58,349 nt of DNA from Octopus bimaculoides (lineage: Eukaryota), in assembly GCF_001194135.2 (NCBI RefSeq), contig NC_068985.1:52258583-52316931 (forward strand), read 5' to 3'. The translations under genes and the position numbers were made by a program. The notes beneath the pieces were generated by a model. That model was not told where the DNA came from. It ran no database searches and saw only the letters and a program-made list of their open reading frames with translations. Below, in pieces: positions 12,586 through 24,670 of this stretch. The stretch's first letter is position 1; every line of letters starts with the position of its first letter.

Positions 12586-13514
12586 CACCTATGTATTTAC
12601 GAAAGCAACCCCCGCACCCATTTACGATCAGAGAAACCTGAAGCTCTGTGACTCGGACGATGAAGCTAGTTTATTAAACTTTTAATGTTCTTGTTATAAA
12701 ATATATTAACACTGATGTAAATACAACCTATAATAAATAAGTATATCGAAATAAAAACTACAATAAAAACAACAACAACAACCAGAAATTCTTAATACTT
12801 CAAGACAAACGTAATAACAAAGAAACGAATACAATGCTGGGTACGAAATGAGTAAATGTGATTGGGTACAACTATCGTCTGACTTTGGCATGAGTAATGG
12901 AAACGATCGCTGTTAGCTATGTGACACAGAATCTACGATGATACTGATAGAGGATAGAATTCCAAGATTAGGACTTTGGGGGTCATGTTCCAGTATAATA
13001 TTTGCACTCTTTTCTCCATTTTTTGGATTACTATACCGTCTTTGTTGATATGAGAGTGTTGTATTTTATTAAAGGAGGAGTTGAAGTCGATGGTAAACGC
13101 TGTTGCATTTCATAGACTGAAATTTCATTAATAAATTTACTTGACAATGGTATTGTAAAATGTGAATATCGTAGAAATCTTTTGAAGATTTCGCCGAAAA
13201 TAAAATGCACTTCGAAGTCTCCCTGGTTTAAAATATCTTTTCCAGTGTATTTGAAGTTCCATAGTAAGAAACCATATTTGCTGAATCGCTTAATTGCAGA
13301 AAGGTTTCTAGTGTTATTTTGTCTCAAGCTGCCCTTGGTTGTCATTGATGATCTCCGTTGGCCACAAACAGACAGTTACAGCTACAAGTTAATTATTTAA
13401 GATAGTCAAACTTCAATCGGATTCATTTCGTTCCCTATTCAGTAGTTTCCAAACACACTGTGAGCATCTCTTCCTCGCTCTCTCTCTGTGTCTTATACTG
13501 GAAAAAAAACCAAA

Positions 13515-13800
13515 AACTGGCTCTCCGTCGGTTACGGTGACGAAGGTTTCAGTTGATCCGATCAACGGAACAGCTTGCTCGTGAATTTAACGAGCACTCG
13601 ATAGACACGCGTACCTTTAACGTAGTTCATTGGGAACTTCAGCGTGATACAGAATATGATAAAGCTGGCTCTTTTAGAAATGCAGGTACTACTCATTTTT
13701 GCCAGCTGAATGGACTGGAGCAACGCGAAATAAAGTGTCTTGCTCAAAGACACTACGCATCACCGGGAATTTGAATTCACGACCTTACGATCGTGAGCCG
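13515..13800 (-). mobile_element. Hybrid SINE: family A head/core plus family D tail
   Basis: Head CTCACGATCGTAAGG and TTGAGCAAGACAC as in 6482; tail CTGTTCCGTTGATCGGATCAACTG...GTAACCGACGGAG as in 19097-19463. Confidence 0.8.
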
Positions 13801-14559
13801 NNNNNNNNNNNNNNNNNNNNNNNNNNNNNNNNNNNNNNNNNNNNNNNNNNNNNNNNNNNNNNNNNNNNNNNNNNNNNNNNNNNNNNNNNNNNNNNNNNNN
13901 NNNNNNNNNNNNNNNNNNNNNNNNNNNNNNNNNNNNNNNNNNNNNNNNNNNNNNNNNNNNNNNNNNNNNNNNNNNNNNNNNNNNNNNNNNNNNNNNNNNN
14001 NNNNNNNNNNNNNNNNNNNNNNNNNNNNNNNNNNNNNNNNNNNNNNNNNNNNNNNNNNNNNNNNNNNNNNNNNNNNNNNNNNNNNNNNNNNNNNNNNNNN
14101 NNNNNNNNNNNNNNNNNNNNNNNNNNNNNNNNNNNNNNNNNNNNNNNNNNNNNNNNNNNNNNNNNNNNNNNNNNNNNNNNNNNNNNNNNNNNNNNNNNNN
14201 NNNNNNNNNNNNNNNNNNNNNNNNNNNNNNNNNNNNNNNNNNNNNNNNNNNNNNNNNNNNNNNNNNNNNNNNNNNNNNNNNNNNNNNNNNNNNNNNNNNN
14301 NNNNNNNNNNNNNNNNNNNNNNNNNNNNNNNNNNNNNNNNNNNNNNNNNNNNNNNNNNNNNNNNNNNNNNNNNNNNNNNNNNNNNNNNNNNNNNNNNNNN
14401 NNNNNNNNNNNNNNNNNNNNNNNNNNNNNNNNNNNNNNNNNNNNNNNNNNNNNNNNNNNNNNNNNNNNNNNNNNNNNNNNNNNNNNNNNNNNNNNNNNNN
14501 NNNNNNNNNNNNNNNNNNNNNNNNNNNNNNNNNNNNNNNNNNNNNNNNNNNTATATATC

Positions 14560-15720
14560 TGTAAAAATATGTAACACTTATTCAGTAGCCATGATAAAAC
14601 TCCGAGTTTCGGATGCCAGGGTGTGAGTCCACGCCAACATCTCTTCAGTTATCCGGCCAATTGAAAATTCCTGTGAAGAATGACCGTTAAAAACAAAGGG
14701 AAATTACTGTGTAGTGACAAAACGCGTCTAAAACTGCGTATATAATCGCATGCACGCATAAATCCATATGCGCACGCACATATCTCTATATACGCACGCA
14801 TATATCTACTTACGCACGCATCCACGCGCACACTCACAAGCGCGCACATATAAAGTTCCTTGTATGTGTCTATAAGCGTACAGGAAAAAAGTTTGGAGCG
14901 GAGAAAACAGAAAACTATATGTGGAAAAATACAAAAACATTAACCCTATAATTATGTAAAAAACATAAAAATAATTAAAAGATGTAAAAATATAAAATCC
15001 AGGTAAAAAAAAAACTTATACATAGACACAATATAGAAGCCTATCAGTACAGTCCCATCAGCAGCTCCTATCAGTACAAATATTAAAATATATATATAAA
15101 ACATATATAAGAAATGTAAGTAATAATTATAGAGAGACACAAAAATAGAAAGCAAGTCCAATCAGTAAACTCAGGGGGACCAAAAACGTAGCAAATATTT
15201 GGTTACACGTGGACATGATCCGAAAAGTTGAGTCTTTGAATTTAGACATGTGGTAGGGTCCAAGCTGCCTTTCCAGATGAGCCATCTTTCCATATCACAT
15301 AGACCGCACCTTCCGCTGCCGCTGGTGTTAGGTTTACACTTGGCTAGGTTCTTCCAATGGATGTTGTAACTGACACCTTTATCTTTTAAAGACCATATAT
15401 GACTGGATAATTTTGTCGTTTTTCTTTTGTCCCCAGTGCCTGAATCTCAAAGTGTGATTATTGTATATGGCCTTGAAATTACCCTCTGTGAGGCCCACGG
15501 ATTTCTTCGTGGAAACTGCGTCCTTAGTGGATACAGAAAAACGACAAAAAGGCAGACAGTTGTGCATTTTCTTGTCTCGTCGGGGAGTAGGTGGAGGAGT
15601 GTTATTAAAGAATATGTGCTGGCTGCTTTTTGGAATTGAACTGAAAGCTGATGATGAAATGTGAGGATGCACATTGAGTGGGCAAGTGTCCATATTCACT
15701 TCAACCATACACATTTCAGC
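14560..15720 (-). mobile_element. Penelope-like element 3' part: GIY-YIG endonuclease remnant, 3' UTR and hammerhead
   Basis: VGLTEGNFKAIYNNH, then (frameshift) LKDKGVSYNIHWKNLAKCKP..SGRCGLC..E..LNSKTQLFGSCP..KYLL at ~15175-15720. Confidence 0.85.
14588..14658 (-). ncRNA. Type I hammerhead ribozyme motif
   Basis: GATAA-CTGAAGA-GATG...CATC(C)-GAAA-CTC(G)GAG-TT-TTATC: perfect 5-bp stem I, near-palindromic stem III, GUU triplet, one bulge in stem II. Confidence 0.7.
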
Positions 15721-16258
15721 GAAATCTCTGGTCTGAAAGTATTATATGTGGTTTCCTTTCACACCAATAGATTCACGTTCACGTCAAGTACACTATACAT
15801 CTCATCTGTGGAAGCTAGTTAAATTAAGTCCATAGATAATGGATCAAAATGAAATTACTTATGTTACTATACATGAGTTTATGCGGTTGTAAATGTATAT
15901 ATTCAAGATTATATGCGCTCGGATGAGGTTCTAAAAACAAAGCTTCTCGAGTTGAATGAAGGTTGTAAATCGTTCTTTCGAGTTTTTATATCGGTTGTAC
16001 ACTTTCCTTCGAAATTTCAAAATACTGAATGTAGTACATGAAATGCTTTCACCCGAGTATGCATTATTTTTAACCAAAATAATGCGTTCAAAATTTGCTT
16101 ATGGAAATGCGTATGGTTACAAGCATTGAACTTATGAAATGTTTGAAATTATTTGTATGAATAGTAAGGAATTGGAATTAAATAGTTGATAATCACAATG
16201 AAATTAAAGATTGAAATCTTATGTAGATATCCTTTTATGAATTTTAGCGCTTCATGTA

Positions 16259-16856
16259 CGGGGTGAAGTCAAAAATTATCTGCACTTTCGCCATAACATA
16301 TCTTTATCAATGTCGCACTGCGTTCTGCGCATGCGTGCTTATAGTTGGTATAGTTGGTACTACTGTGGTCACGTGATCGATGTTTGTGCCTGATCACGCC
16401 ATTTCTCTTTCTGTCTTTACAGTGTAAGTATGGCTGTTCTACTAGGAATGTGCACCAAAGAACAAAGAGCAGTGATCCAATTTCTCTGGTCGGAATGCGT
16501 GTCAGGTGCTGAAATCCATCGGAGGCTTTTAGCACAATTCGAGGACAGTGCATTACTGCGTGGAAGTGTGTATGAATGGATCGAAAAGATTAAAAGCGAC
16601 CTGACAAGCGTGACGCACGAAGAAGGGGAAGAACGCCCGTCAAACTCGACCACTGACGAGAAGATTCAGCAAGCTCGAGAGATGTTATTGGTGAACCGGT
16701 TCACCATTACCATCTCTCGGATCTCTGCTCTTTGTCCCGCAATAGTATCAATTATATGCACGTGACCACAATAGTAGCAACTATGCACAGGAGACAATGA
16801 GACAATAATAAAGATCTGTTATGGCGAAAGTGCGGATAATTGTTGACTTACCCTTG
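16259..16856 (+). mobile_element. Internally deleted mariner with both ~50-bp TIRs and TA target duplication
   Basis: TIRs (C/A)GGGGT(G)AAGTCAA(A/C)AATTATC(T/C)GCACTTTCGCCATAACA; TA at 16257-16258 and 16857-16858; ORF 16430 EQRAVIQFLWSE...AEIHRRL...VYEWIEK. Confidence 0.92.
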
Positions 16857-17212
16857 TATATATGCGAGAATAAAAATGAATAGGAAATTCATAATTTTTA
16901 AATTAAAAATCTTCTACAAAAAGTAGAATAATGTTTCGAAATGGATGGTAAACGGTAACATGTTCATTTCAATGTTTATATCAGCTATTATCATCCCAGT
17001 GAGATTTCGAAATGCTATCAGTGGGTGCATTAATTTTTGTCGAATAGGTTTACTGTTTAGAAGTTGGTCGATGAGCATTTACTTATTGTAAAGAACAAAT
17101 ATTGTTTTTATTATGTATGCATTATGTCTATTAGATGATTAACTATTCGGATTGTGTGTTGTTTACAGAGCGTCATGATTTACTTTCCAGGTTTTTATCG
17201 TAATAATTGGAG

Positions 17213-17985
17213 TTAAGTTTGATCTTGTTTACAGTTTTTAAGCAGATATTTGGTTTCGTGCAAACAAGTACTTAGCAACTCTTTGTTCGTGTTTAGTCTA
17301 TTTTCATCTTCTAGGAGTATGGTGACATTCTCCACCAAATGTTTATAGGAGGGTGCAGAATTTAAGATGGTCCATTGTATTTTAAAGTATTGCAAATTGG
17401 CTTCCTTGCAGGTGTCATATGTAGTTCGAAAGACTTGTAGAATGTTTACCATCCGGGTTGAAAAATGAATGTTAATGTGACTATTAACGAATTTTGAAGC
17501 AGTTTCATTTCTCTCCAATCTAGAATTTTTGTTAAATTTATCGCTGATTTGAACTTCGGCTCGGTAAACTGTTGAAGTATTCAGACATTTCATGTAAAGG
17601 GGCACCTAGAGGAATCACTAAAGTTACAATTGCTTTCGTGGAACTATTGCTCATTAACAACTTTGTTGGTCGTGTTAGCGAAGTTGTTACAACAAAAGTA
17701 AGAGACTTTAATTGTGTTTCTATTAAGCATCTTGTAATTCCTATGGATTTTGGGGAATGTGGCAAAACTAGTTCCAGGAATGTCTTCAATACATTCGTGC
17801 GTACATTAAAAATTGATGGCAAATTATTCGATAGGATCTTGGAAGATGCAGGTACTTATATGTATTATATATTTTCTGAACATCCGCTTCTTTCAAGTGC
17901 TTTGTTGTAGTATTCTGATACTGTATCAAATTCCACTTTGTCGGAAGATAGTGAAATGTGCATTCTGATGGAGGGATATAAACTG
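17213..17985 (-). mobile_element. Penelope-like element fragment (RT thumb/linker to GIY-YIG), frameshifted
   Basis: SLSSDKVEFD..YYNKALERSG, NVRTNVLKTFLELV, KCLNTSTVYRAEV, KIQWTILNSAPSY, LNTNKELLSTCLHETKYLL. Confidence 0.85.
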
Positions 17986-18197
17986 ACCCAAATCTTGTGA
18001 GTAGATATGGTAGATGGAAACTGAAAGAAGCCCATCGTATATATATGTGTGCGACCATGCTGGAGCACCCACTTTAGTCGACCAAATCGATTTATTCTTT
18101 GTAAGCCTAGCACTTATTCTATCGGTCTCTTTTGCCGAACCGGTAAGTTATGGGGACATAAACACACCAGCATCAGTTGTCAAGCGATGTTGGGTGA

Positions 18198-18243
<46 letters not shown>
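17985..18243. mobile_element. Two family C SINE pieces joined in opposite orientation
   Basis: 17985-18048 plus-strand middle segment; 18049-18243 minus-strand 3' half. Confidence 0.7.
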
Positions 18244-18559
18244 NNNNNNNNNNNNNNNNNNNNNNNNNNNNNNNNNNNNNNNNNNNNNNNNNNNNNNNNN
18301 NNNNNNNNNNNNNNNNNNNNNNNNNNNNNNNNNNNNNNNNNNNNNNNNNNNNNNNNNNNNNNNNNNNNNNNNNNNNNNNNNNNNNNNNNNNNNNNNNNNN
18401 NNNNNNNNNNNNNNNNNNNNNNNNNNNNNNNNNNNNNNNNNNNNTATACACACACATATATATATATATACATATATCTATATTCTAGAAGAAGATGAAA
18501 AAGAAATACAATAAAACAACAAAAATATATATGTATAGTAACATACAAAAATCGCTTAA

Positions 18560-18737
18560 CTCTCTAGAAATAGCTGTTCAGTCACTCTTAAATCACACGG
18601 AAATGTTTGAACACAGAAAGTATTGTAGGCTTCCACAGCCCTAAAAAGTGGGGCTCATCATGGCTGGTATCCTTTGATAATAGGTGAACTAGATTAGGGC
18701 TGATGTAGGCCTAAACAGTAAATAACAAAACAACAAC
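18560..18737 (+). repeat. Probable retroposon 3' tail ending in (CAA)n-like repeats
   Basis: GAAATAGC...CAAATCACAC-like start and CATGGCTGG...CCTTTGAT.ATAGGT...GGGCTGA...GCCTAAACA end; partial relative at 54075-54130. Confidence 0.45.
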
Positions 18738-19034
18738 TAAAGCAGACGTGGGCAACCCTTTTTCGAGAAGTGAAACATGACTCACCATTAGGCGGGCTTC
18801 ACTACTAAAGGGGGAAAAAAAAAGAAAAACTCAAGGGAAGTCCCGAGGGACGCAGATTGCCTATGACTGAAAAGAACAGCTGTTACAGTTGTGGTAAACT
18901 AAAAGAAGGTATAAGTTAATGCTGATTAAATACATGAACGACAACAACTACCGCAACTAAGGCGACAATAACAACAACGAGAACAACAGAGGTGGCATCA
19001 ACAGCAATAACAACAACAACAACAACAAGAATTC

Positions 19035-19620
19035 TTTGTACTATAGACACGAAGCCTGAAATTAGGGAAGAGAGGCCTAGTCGATTAAATACAAACCGGA
19101 GGCGCAATGGCCCAGTGGTCAGAGCAGCGGACTCGCGGTCGTAGGATAGCGGTTTCGATTCCCAGACCGGGCGTTGTGAGTGTTTATTGAGCGAAAACAC
19201 TTAAAGTTCCACGTGGCTCCGGCAGAGGATGGTGGTGAACCCTGCTGTACTCTTTCACCACAGCTTTCTCTCACCCTTTCTTCCTGTTTCTGTTGTGCTT
19301 GTATTTCAAAGGGCCAGCCTTCTCACTCTCTGTATCACGCTGAATATCCCCGAGGACTACGTTAAGGGTATTCGTGTCTGTGGAGTGCACGTTAATTTCA
19401 CAAGCAGGTTGTTCCGTTGATCGGATCGACTGGAACCCTCGTCGTCGTGACCGACCGAGTGCCGTAGTAATATCCAACCCAGTATTTGACAGATACTTAA
19501 TTTATCGCTCTAGAGAGAATGAAAGGCAAAGTCAACCTTAGCGGAATTTGAGCTCAAAACGTAGAAACGGACGAGAACATTTTGCTCGGCGTGCTAATGA
19601 ATCTACCAGTTCGCCGCCTT
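19035..19620 (-). mobile_element. SINE family B split by a nested family D insertion
   Basis: 3' end at 19035-19095 and 5' part at 19476-19620 are collinear with intact B copies. Confidence 0.75.
19097..19463 (+). mobile_element. tRNA-derived SINE family D, full length
   Basis: A box TGGCCCAGTGG 19108-19118; B-box-like GGTTTCGATTCCC 19151-19163; tail shared with 13515 and 54185. Confidence 0.85.
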
Positions 19621-19724
19621 ACAATAATAATCCTTTATACTATAGAAATAAGGCCTGAAATTTTGACGGAAGGTGTAAGTCGATTACGGATCTTTTCCCT
19701 TTGGTCGGCACATTTAAAAAACCT

Positions 19725-19767
19725 TATCCCTAAAACCCTAGCCCTGACCCTAAAACCCTAACCCTAA
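19725..19767. repeat. Degenerate (CCCTAA)n telomere-like tract
   Basis: CCTTATCCCTAAAACCCTAGCCCTGACCCTAAAACCCTAACCCTAA. Confidence 0.65.
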
Positions 19768-20154
19768 TGTTACTTTGCTTTCTTTTCTTGGAGCTGTTGT
19801 GTCTCATTTTCAACTTTTAACTAAAAAACAGATACTGAAATGAAATCGACAGGACTACTCTTATTTTTCTTTAGACTCTTCCATCATTCTTAAATTAATC
19901 GTGTTGTTAAAGTACACAAACTGATACATGACCCGACTGCTTGCAACTAAGTGAGTTCCACTAAATATACCTAACAACAAGGTGTCGGTGTAAAACCTGG
20001 TGATGGATTAAGCCTACCAAACTAACAAATACTTAAAATATAAAGATAGGAGCTGCAACATGAGATAGATTTAAATGAAATCAAAATGAAGCATAAACGA
20101 AATACAAATATATTTCATTTTTAGATGAGATAAATGAAAGAATAAAGATACTAT

Positions 20155-20375
20155 GCATGATTTCTGATTTAGGTAAAAGGCCGGCAGTTTTAAGGAGCAC
20201 AGTTAGTCGATACTAACGAACTTAGTACTTGAATAATACCGAATTTTAGCATGCCCGTGAGGATTGAAAGTAAAGTCGACCTCAGCGGAATTTGAACTCA
20301 GAACGCAAAGACATGGACCAGATACTGGAAGGTATTTTCAATGATTCATTAATAATTCTGTCAATCCATTGCCCT
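20155..20375 (-). mobile_element. SINE family B, diverged
   Basis: AAAGTCGACCTCAGCGGAATTTGAACTCAGAACG core. Confidence 0.7.
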
Positions 20376-21188
20376 AAAAATTTCTAACTTAGCTCAAGTT
20401 TAGTCAGAAAAGTGGATTTATCATGTCACCTGTACTAATTGATATTTATTTAAACTAGCAAAGTCTCAAAGCTATATTTCCCATTGAGGACAACTTTGCT
20501 TTTCATTCGTTCGGGTTCAATTAAAAACGTACCCACTTAAGGGAGTGGATTGATGAAACTATAAAAATGTCAATCATAGCAGAAAATTTGTCAATCACAG
20601 CAGAAATCGAAATCAGAATGTGAAAGAGTCACTAATAACATCATACAACGCTCTACAGCTTCCACCAGTTAAAGAGTAGAAATAAATAAGAGAAATAACA
20701 GGTAGAAATAACGGAAAAAAAAGAAGATGGAAGGAAGGAAAATAAAGAAAGGAAAAGTGTGAAGTTGTGGTGGCAGTAATGGTTGTATTAGTGATGGTGG
20801 TGGTGGTGGTAGAAATAGTAGAATGATCTATTGACGCCGACAGCGGAGGTAATGGCGGTGGTGGTTAAGTATTATTGTCACCTTCGACCTCTTAACAAGA
20901 CTCTGCCTACTGCTGTTTCCACAGAAAATATGCTAACTGCTGCTGTTGCTGCTGGTGATGGAAAAAAGCTTACGTTCTTTGATACACCAATAGACGCCTC
21001 CACCACCAGCACCAGCACTAACACCAGCACCACCAGCAGCACCACCACCACCAGCATACACCTTCATGCTAACTACCTACACGCCTATCAAATCGCATCC
21101 TGTTATTCAGGATAATGATGATGATGACGATTATGGCGCAGTTTTGATGTGATCAGATGCGATGGAATAGATTCGAATATATACATGG

Positions 21189-21600
21189 AGGTACAGGCGT
21201 GGTTGTGAGGTAAGTGGCTAGCTTCCCAACCACATGGTTTCCAGTTCAGTCCCACTGCGTGGCGCCTTTGGAAGGTGTCTTCTACTATAGCCACGGGCCG
21301 ATTAAAGCCTAGCCTTGTGAATGGATATGGCAGACGGAAACTGCAAGAAGCCCGTCCTTTAGGCATATATGTATATATCTATGTGTGTGCGTCTTTGTGT
21401 CTGTTCTTTCCCCATCACCGCTTGACAAACGGTGTTGGTGTGTTTACGTTCCCGTAAATTAGCGGTTCGGCAGAAAAGACCGATAGAATAAGTACTAGGC
21501 TTTAAAAATGTTCTAGAATTGATTTGTTCGACTAAAACCCTTCGCGACTGTGCTCCAGCATGGCCGCAGTCAAATGTCTAAAACAAATAAAAGAATAAAA
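21189..21600 (+). mobile_element. SINE family C, full length; tail-to-tail with a second C 3' end (21620-21680, minus)
   Basis: tRNA-like head, internal (TA)/(TG) tract, 3' GTGCTCCAGCATGGCCGCAGTCAAATG...AAAAGAATAAAA. Confidence 0.88.
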
Positions 21601-21681
21601 GTATATAACTTTTTATATCTTTTCACTTGTTTCAGTCAGACTGCACAGTCATATGGGAGCATCACCTTGAAGAAGTTTTTT

Positions 21682-21742
<61 letters not shown>

Positions 21743-22492
21743 TACACACACGTGTTGATTCTTCGATGTTTGGTGGTTACTCCGACGCGAGAACAAAAAA
21801 CAAAAAAAGAGTGTAATATGCAACACAGGCAGTAAACAATAAATAGAATAGAACAGAGTGGTGACGTTTTGTGGAGATGACTCGGAAGTTGTTCCTCTTC
21901 GATTACTATCGCAAACAGCAGTAGCTTTCTTCAACTGGAATACACGTCATTGATTGGTTAAAATTACCCAAATACGATAACTTCTAAAATACGAAATTTT
22001 GTCAAAAATGTTCAAAGTAAACCGTGTTCTGCGTGAGAAATTACACCAGTTTACGAAGTTTCAAACTGTTTAGTTAAATAAAAATTGATTAAAAAATCTG
22101 TGAGCCAAACTGAACAGATCCGATGAGCGATACAGACACAACACAGGCTACACTTTCAGATTTTTTGGATACACTTTTCAGAAATAACCAAATAAGTTTA
22201 CCATTAATTTCGTGAACTATTCATGGGTCCCGCTAGTTATAAAGAATGCTCTTCCATAATGTTATTTGAATATAAACTCAGCAACTTAAATCTGGTGTGC
22301 GGTGCAGAGACAAATGTTGTGATCTACTATTAAAACCTGGTATCCTCCATCCTCGGGGTATATTATTCTATTAATCTTATGCGAAGAGGAGTTCCGCATG
22401 TATATCCAGCCCATGTCATCCAGTAGGATAACATGTACCAGCCAAATAACGACATAAGACCTCTTAAATACACGTTACGATATTGTTACCCG

Positions 22493-22535
<43 letters not shown>

Positions 22536-22899
22536 AAATTTAACAGAGGATATGTTAAACTCATGAATGGATAGTTTCATCCAAAGAAATATTGTTCAAT
22601 ACCTANNNNNNNNNNNNNNNNNNNNNNNNNNNNNNNNNNNNNNNNNNNNNNNNNNNNNNNNNNNNNNNNNNNNNNNNNNNNNTGTGTGTGTGTGTGTGTA
22701 TCGGTGTGGAATATTTAAGATTATGAAGCGAGCGAAAAATGCTCCTTCCCTCTTGAAATAAAAGCTTTCACAGAAGCATAGAAAATACAATGGAAAATAA
22801 ATATGAAAGAAACGTATCATAAACGTTACACAGCAGAGCGGACACATTTTGAAATATGTATATATGTATGTATATTTATGTGTGGATTGTGACACGAAT

Positions 22900-23480
22900 A
22901 ACAGTGATTTCGTTGAGTTGCTTAATAACTAGAACGACAACATAGACATTCTACACACAGCTTTGAAAATGTCGCACCCATTGAAGAAATTTTAGATGTA
23001 GACAAATTTAGTCAGATATATAAGTGTGGAAGCGATGTGTCACGAAGGACTGTTTCCCTGACGAAAAAAATTGTTTAAGACGGGGATAGAGGAGAAATTT
23101 TCACATGAAGAGATCGAGCGTTTTATATATTCTATAAGTGACTGAAGGAGGCTCTAGTCTGTGTGTGGTATAGTATCATCCACTTCAAGACATTCGATAG
23201 TGTCTACCTGCGTTTCGGGACCTAAATTGAGCAAAAAAAACCAGCAAAGTAATGAGATGTACACCGCACTCCAACACACGTGTACTACAGTACATGGACC
23301 AGATTAACACTGGGGAATTAGCAGCGACATACATCTGTTCATTGTTACTCTTGTGATAAGCGCGGAGGTAACGAGGAAGGATAAATGGTCAAGAGTGGGG
23401 TTCAGCATGAATTTGCAAGCCCTCATTACTTCTGAAGACCATATGGTTGCTTTGGAGCTGTTGAACCTTTGGAGCTAACG
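22900..23480 (+). mobile_element. Very old mariner catalytic-domain remnant
   Basis: Only LVCVWYSIIHFKT (~23157-23195) is recognisable; limits uncertain. Confidence 0.3.
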
Positions 23481-24200
23481 ATTCTGCAAGCTCGCACCTT
23501 GCAGGAATCCCTAATACTGGTTTCAAATTTTGAGACAAGGCTAGCACTCTCGAGGAAAAGGTAAATCGATTATATCGACGACGGTGTTTCAACTAACACT
23601 TTATTTTATCGACCCCGAAAGAATGAAAAGCTAAGTCGACCCCAGCAGCATTTGAACTTAAAACGTAAAGACGGACGAAATGCTGCAAGGCATTTTTCCC
23701 GGCGTGCTAACGACTACGCCAGCTCGTCGTCTTGTAGGAATTCCTGGTGTTGGTTTCAAATTTNNNNNNNNNNNNNNNNNNNNNNNNNNNNNNNNNNNNN
23801 NNNNNNNNNNNNNNNNNNNNNNNNNNNNNNNNNNNNNNNNNNNNNNNNNNNNNNNNNNNNNNNNNNNNNNNNNNNNNNNNNNNNNNNNNNNNNNNNNNNN
23901 NNNNNNNNNNNNNNNNNNNNNNNNNNNNNNNNNNNNNNNNNNNNNNNNNNNNNNNNNNNNNNNNNNNNNNNNNNNNNNNNNNNNNNNNNNNNNNNNNNNN
24001 NNNNAATTTAGGCACAAGGCCAGCAATTTCGATGGAACGGTTAAGTCGATTACATCGACCTCAGGGCTCAACTGGTACTTATTTTATCGACCCCGAAATG
24101 GATGAAAGACTAAGTCGACCTCCACGGAATTTGAACTAAGTACGTAAAGACGAACTGTCGCTAATGCCCGATCTGCAAACAATTCTGCCAGTTCTCCGCC
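23470..24200 (-). mobile_element. Head-to-tail array of family B SINEs (tail variant GGCCTTGTGCCTAAATTTGAAACCA)
   Basis: Copies at 23520-23735 and 24005-24200, head remnant at 23470-23505; similar linkers TG(C/T)AGGAAT(C/T)CCT...TGGTTTCAAATTT; contains a gap. Confidence 0.8.
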
Positions 24201-24289
24201 TAAGCAACCCCTAATATGAAGAAAAATAAATGGTTAACAGAGGTCAGCTTTCCGTTCAACCAAAACTCAAGAACCATTATTAGTTAACT

Positions 24290-24670
24290 CAAAGATGGCG
24301 AGCGGACATAGCGCTTAACTGCATTTCTTCCGGCTCTATGTTCTGAATTCAAAAGCCGTTGAGATCGAATTTACTTTCATCATTTCGAGTTCCATGAAAG
24401 AAATACAAGTTGAGCACGGAAATAAACGTAATCAACTTACTCCTACTCTTCGAAATTGCTGGCCTTGGACCAAAATTAGAAAGAATTGATATTATTACGG
24501 CTGCGACCTGGCAGAATCATTAGCTCATCGGACAAAATATTTAGCAGTATTTCTTCTGGCTCTTCATGTCCTGAGTTCAAATGCCGCCAATAAAATGAAC
24601 GCGATAAAATAATTACCAGTTGAACACAGGGGTCGATGTTATCGATTAGCTCTCTCCCCATAAACTGCAG
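24290..24670 (+). mobile_element. Two diverged family B SINEs in tandem
   Basis: GGCGAGCG head at ~24295 and GACCTGGCAGAATC head at ~24505; core motifs present. Confidence 0.6.

Noticed and set aside
12890-13350. Possible decayed LINE RT on the minus strand (FTIDFNSSFNKIQH; GDF...FGEIFKRFL)
   Set aside because: Only two short, weak motif resemblances among many stops
23470-24200. CRISPR-like or satellite array
   Set aside because: Units are diverged SINE copies with no repeat-spacer periodicity; eukaryotic context
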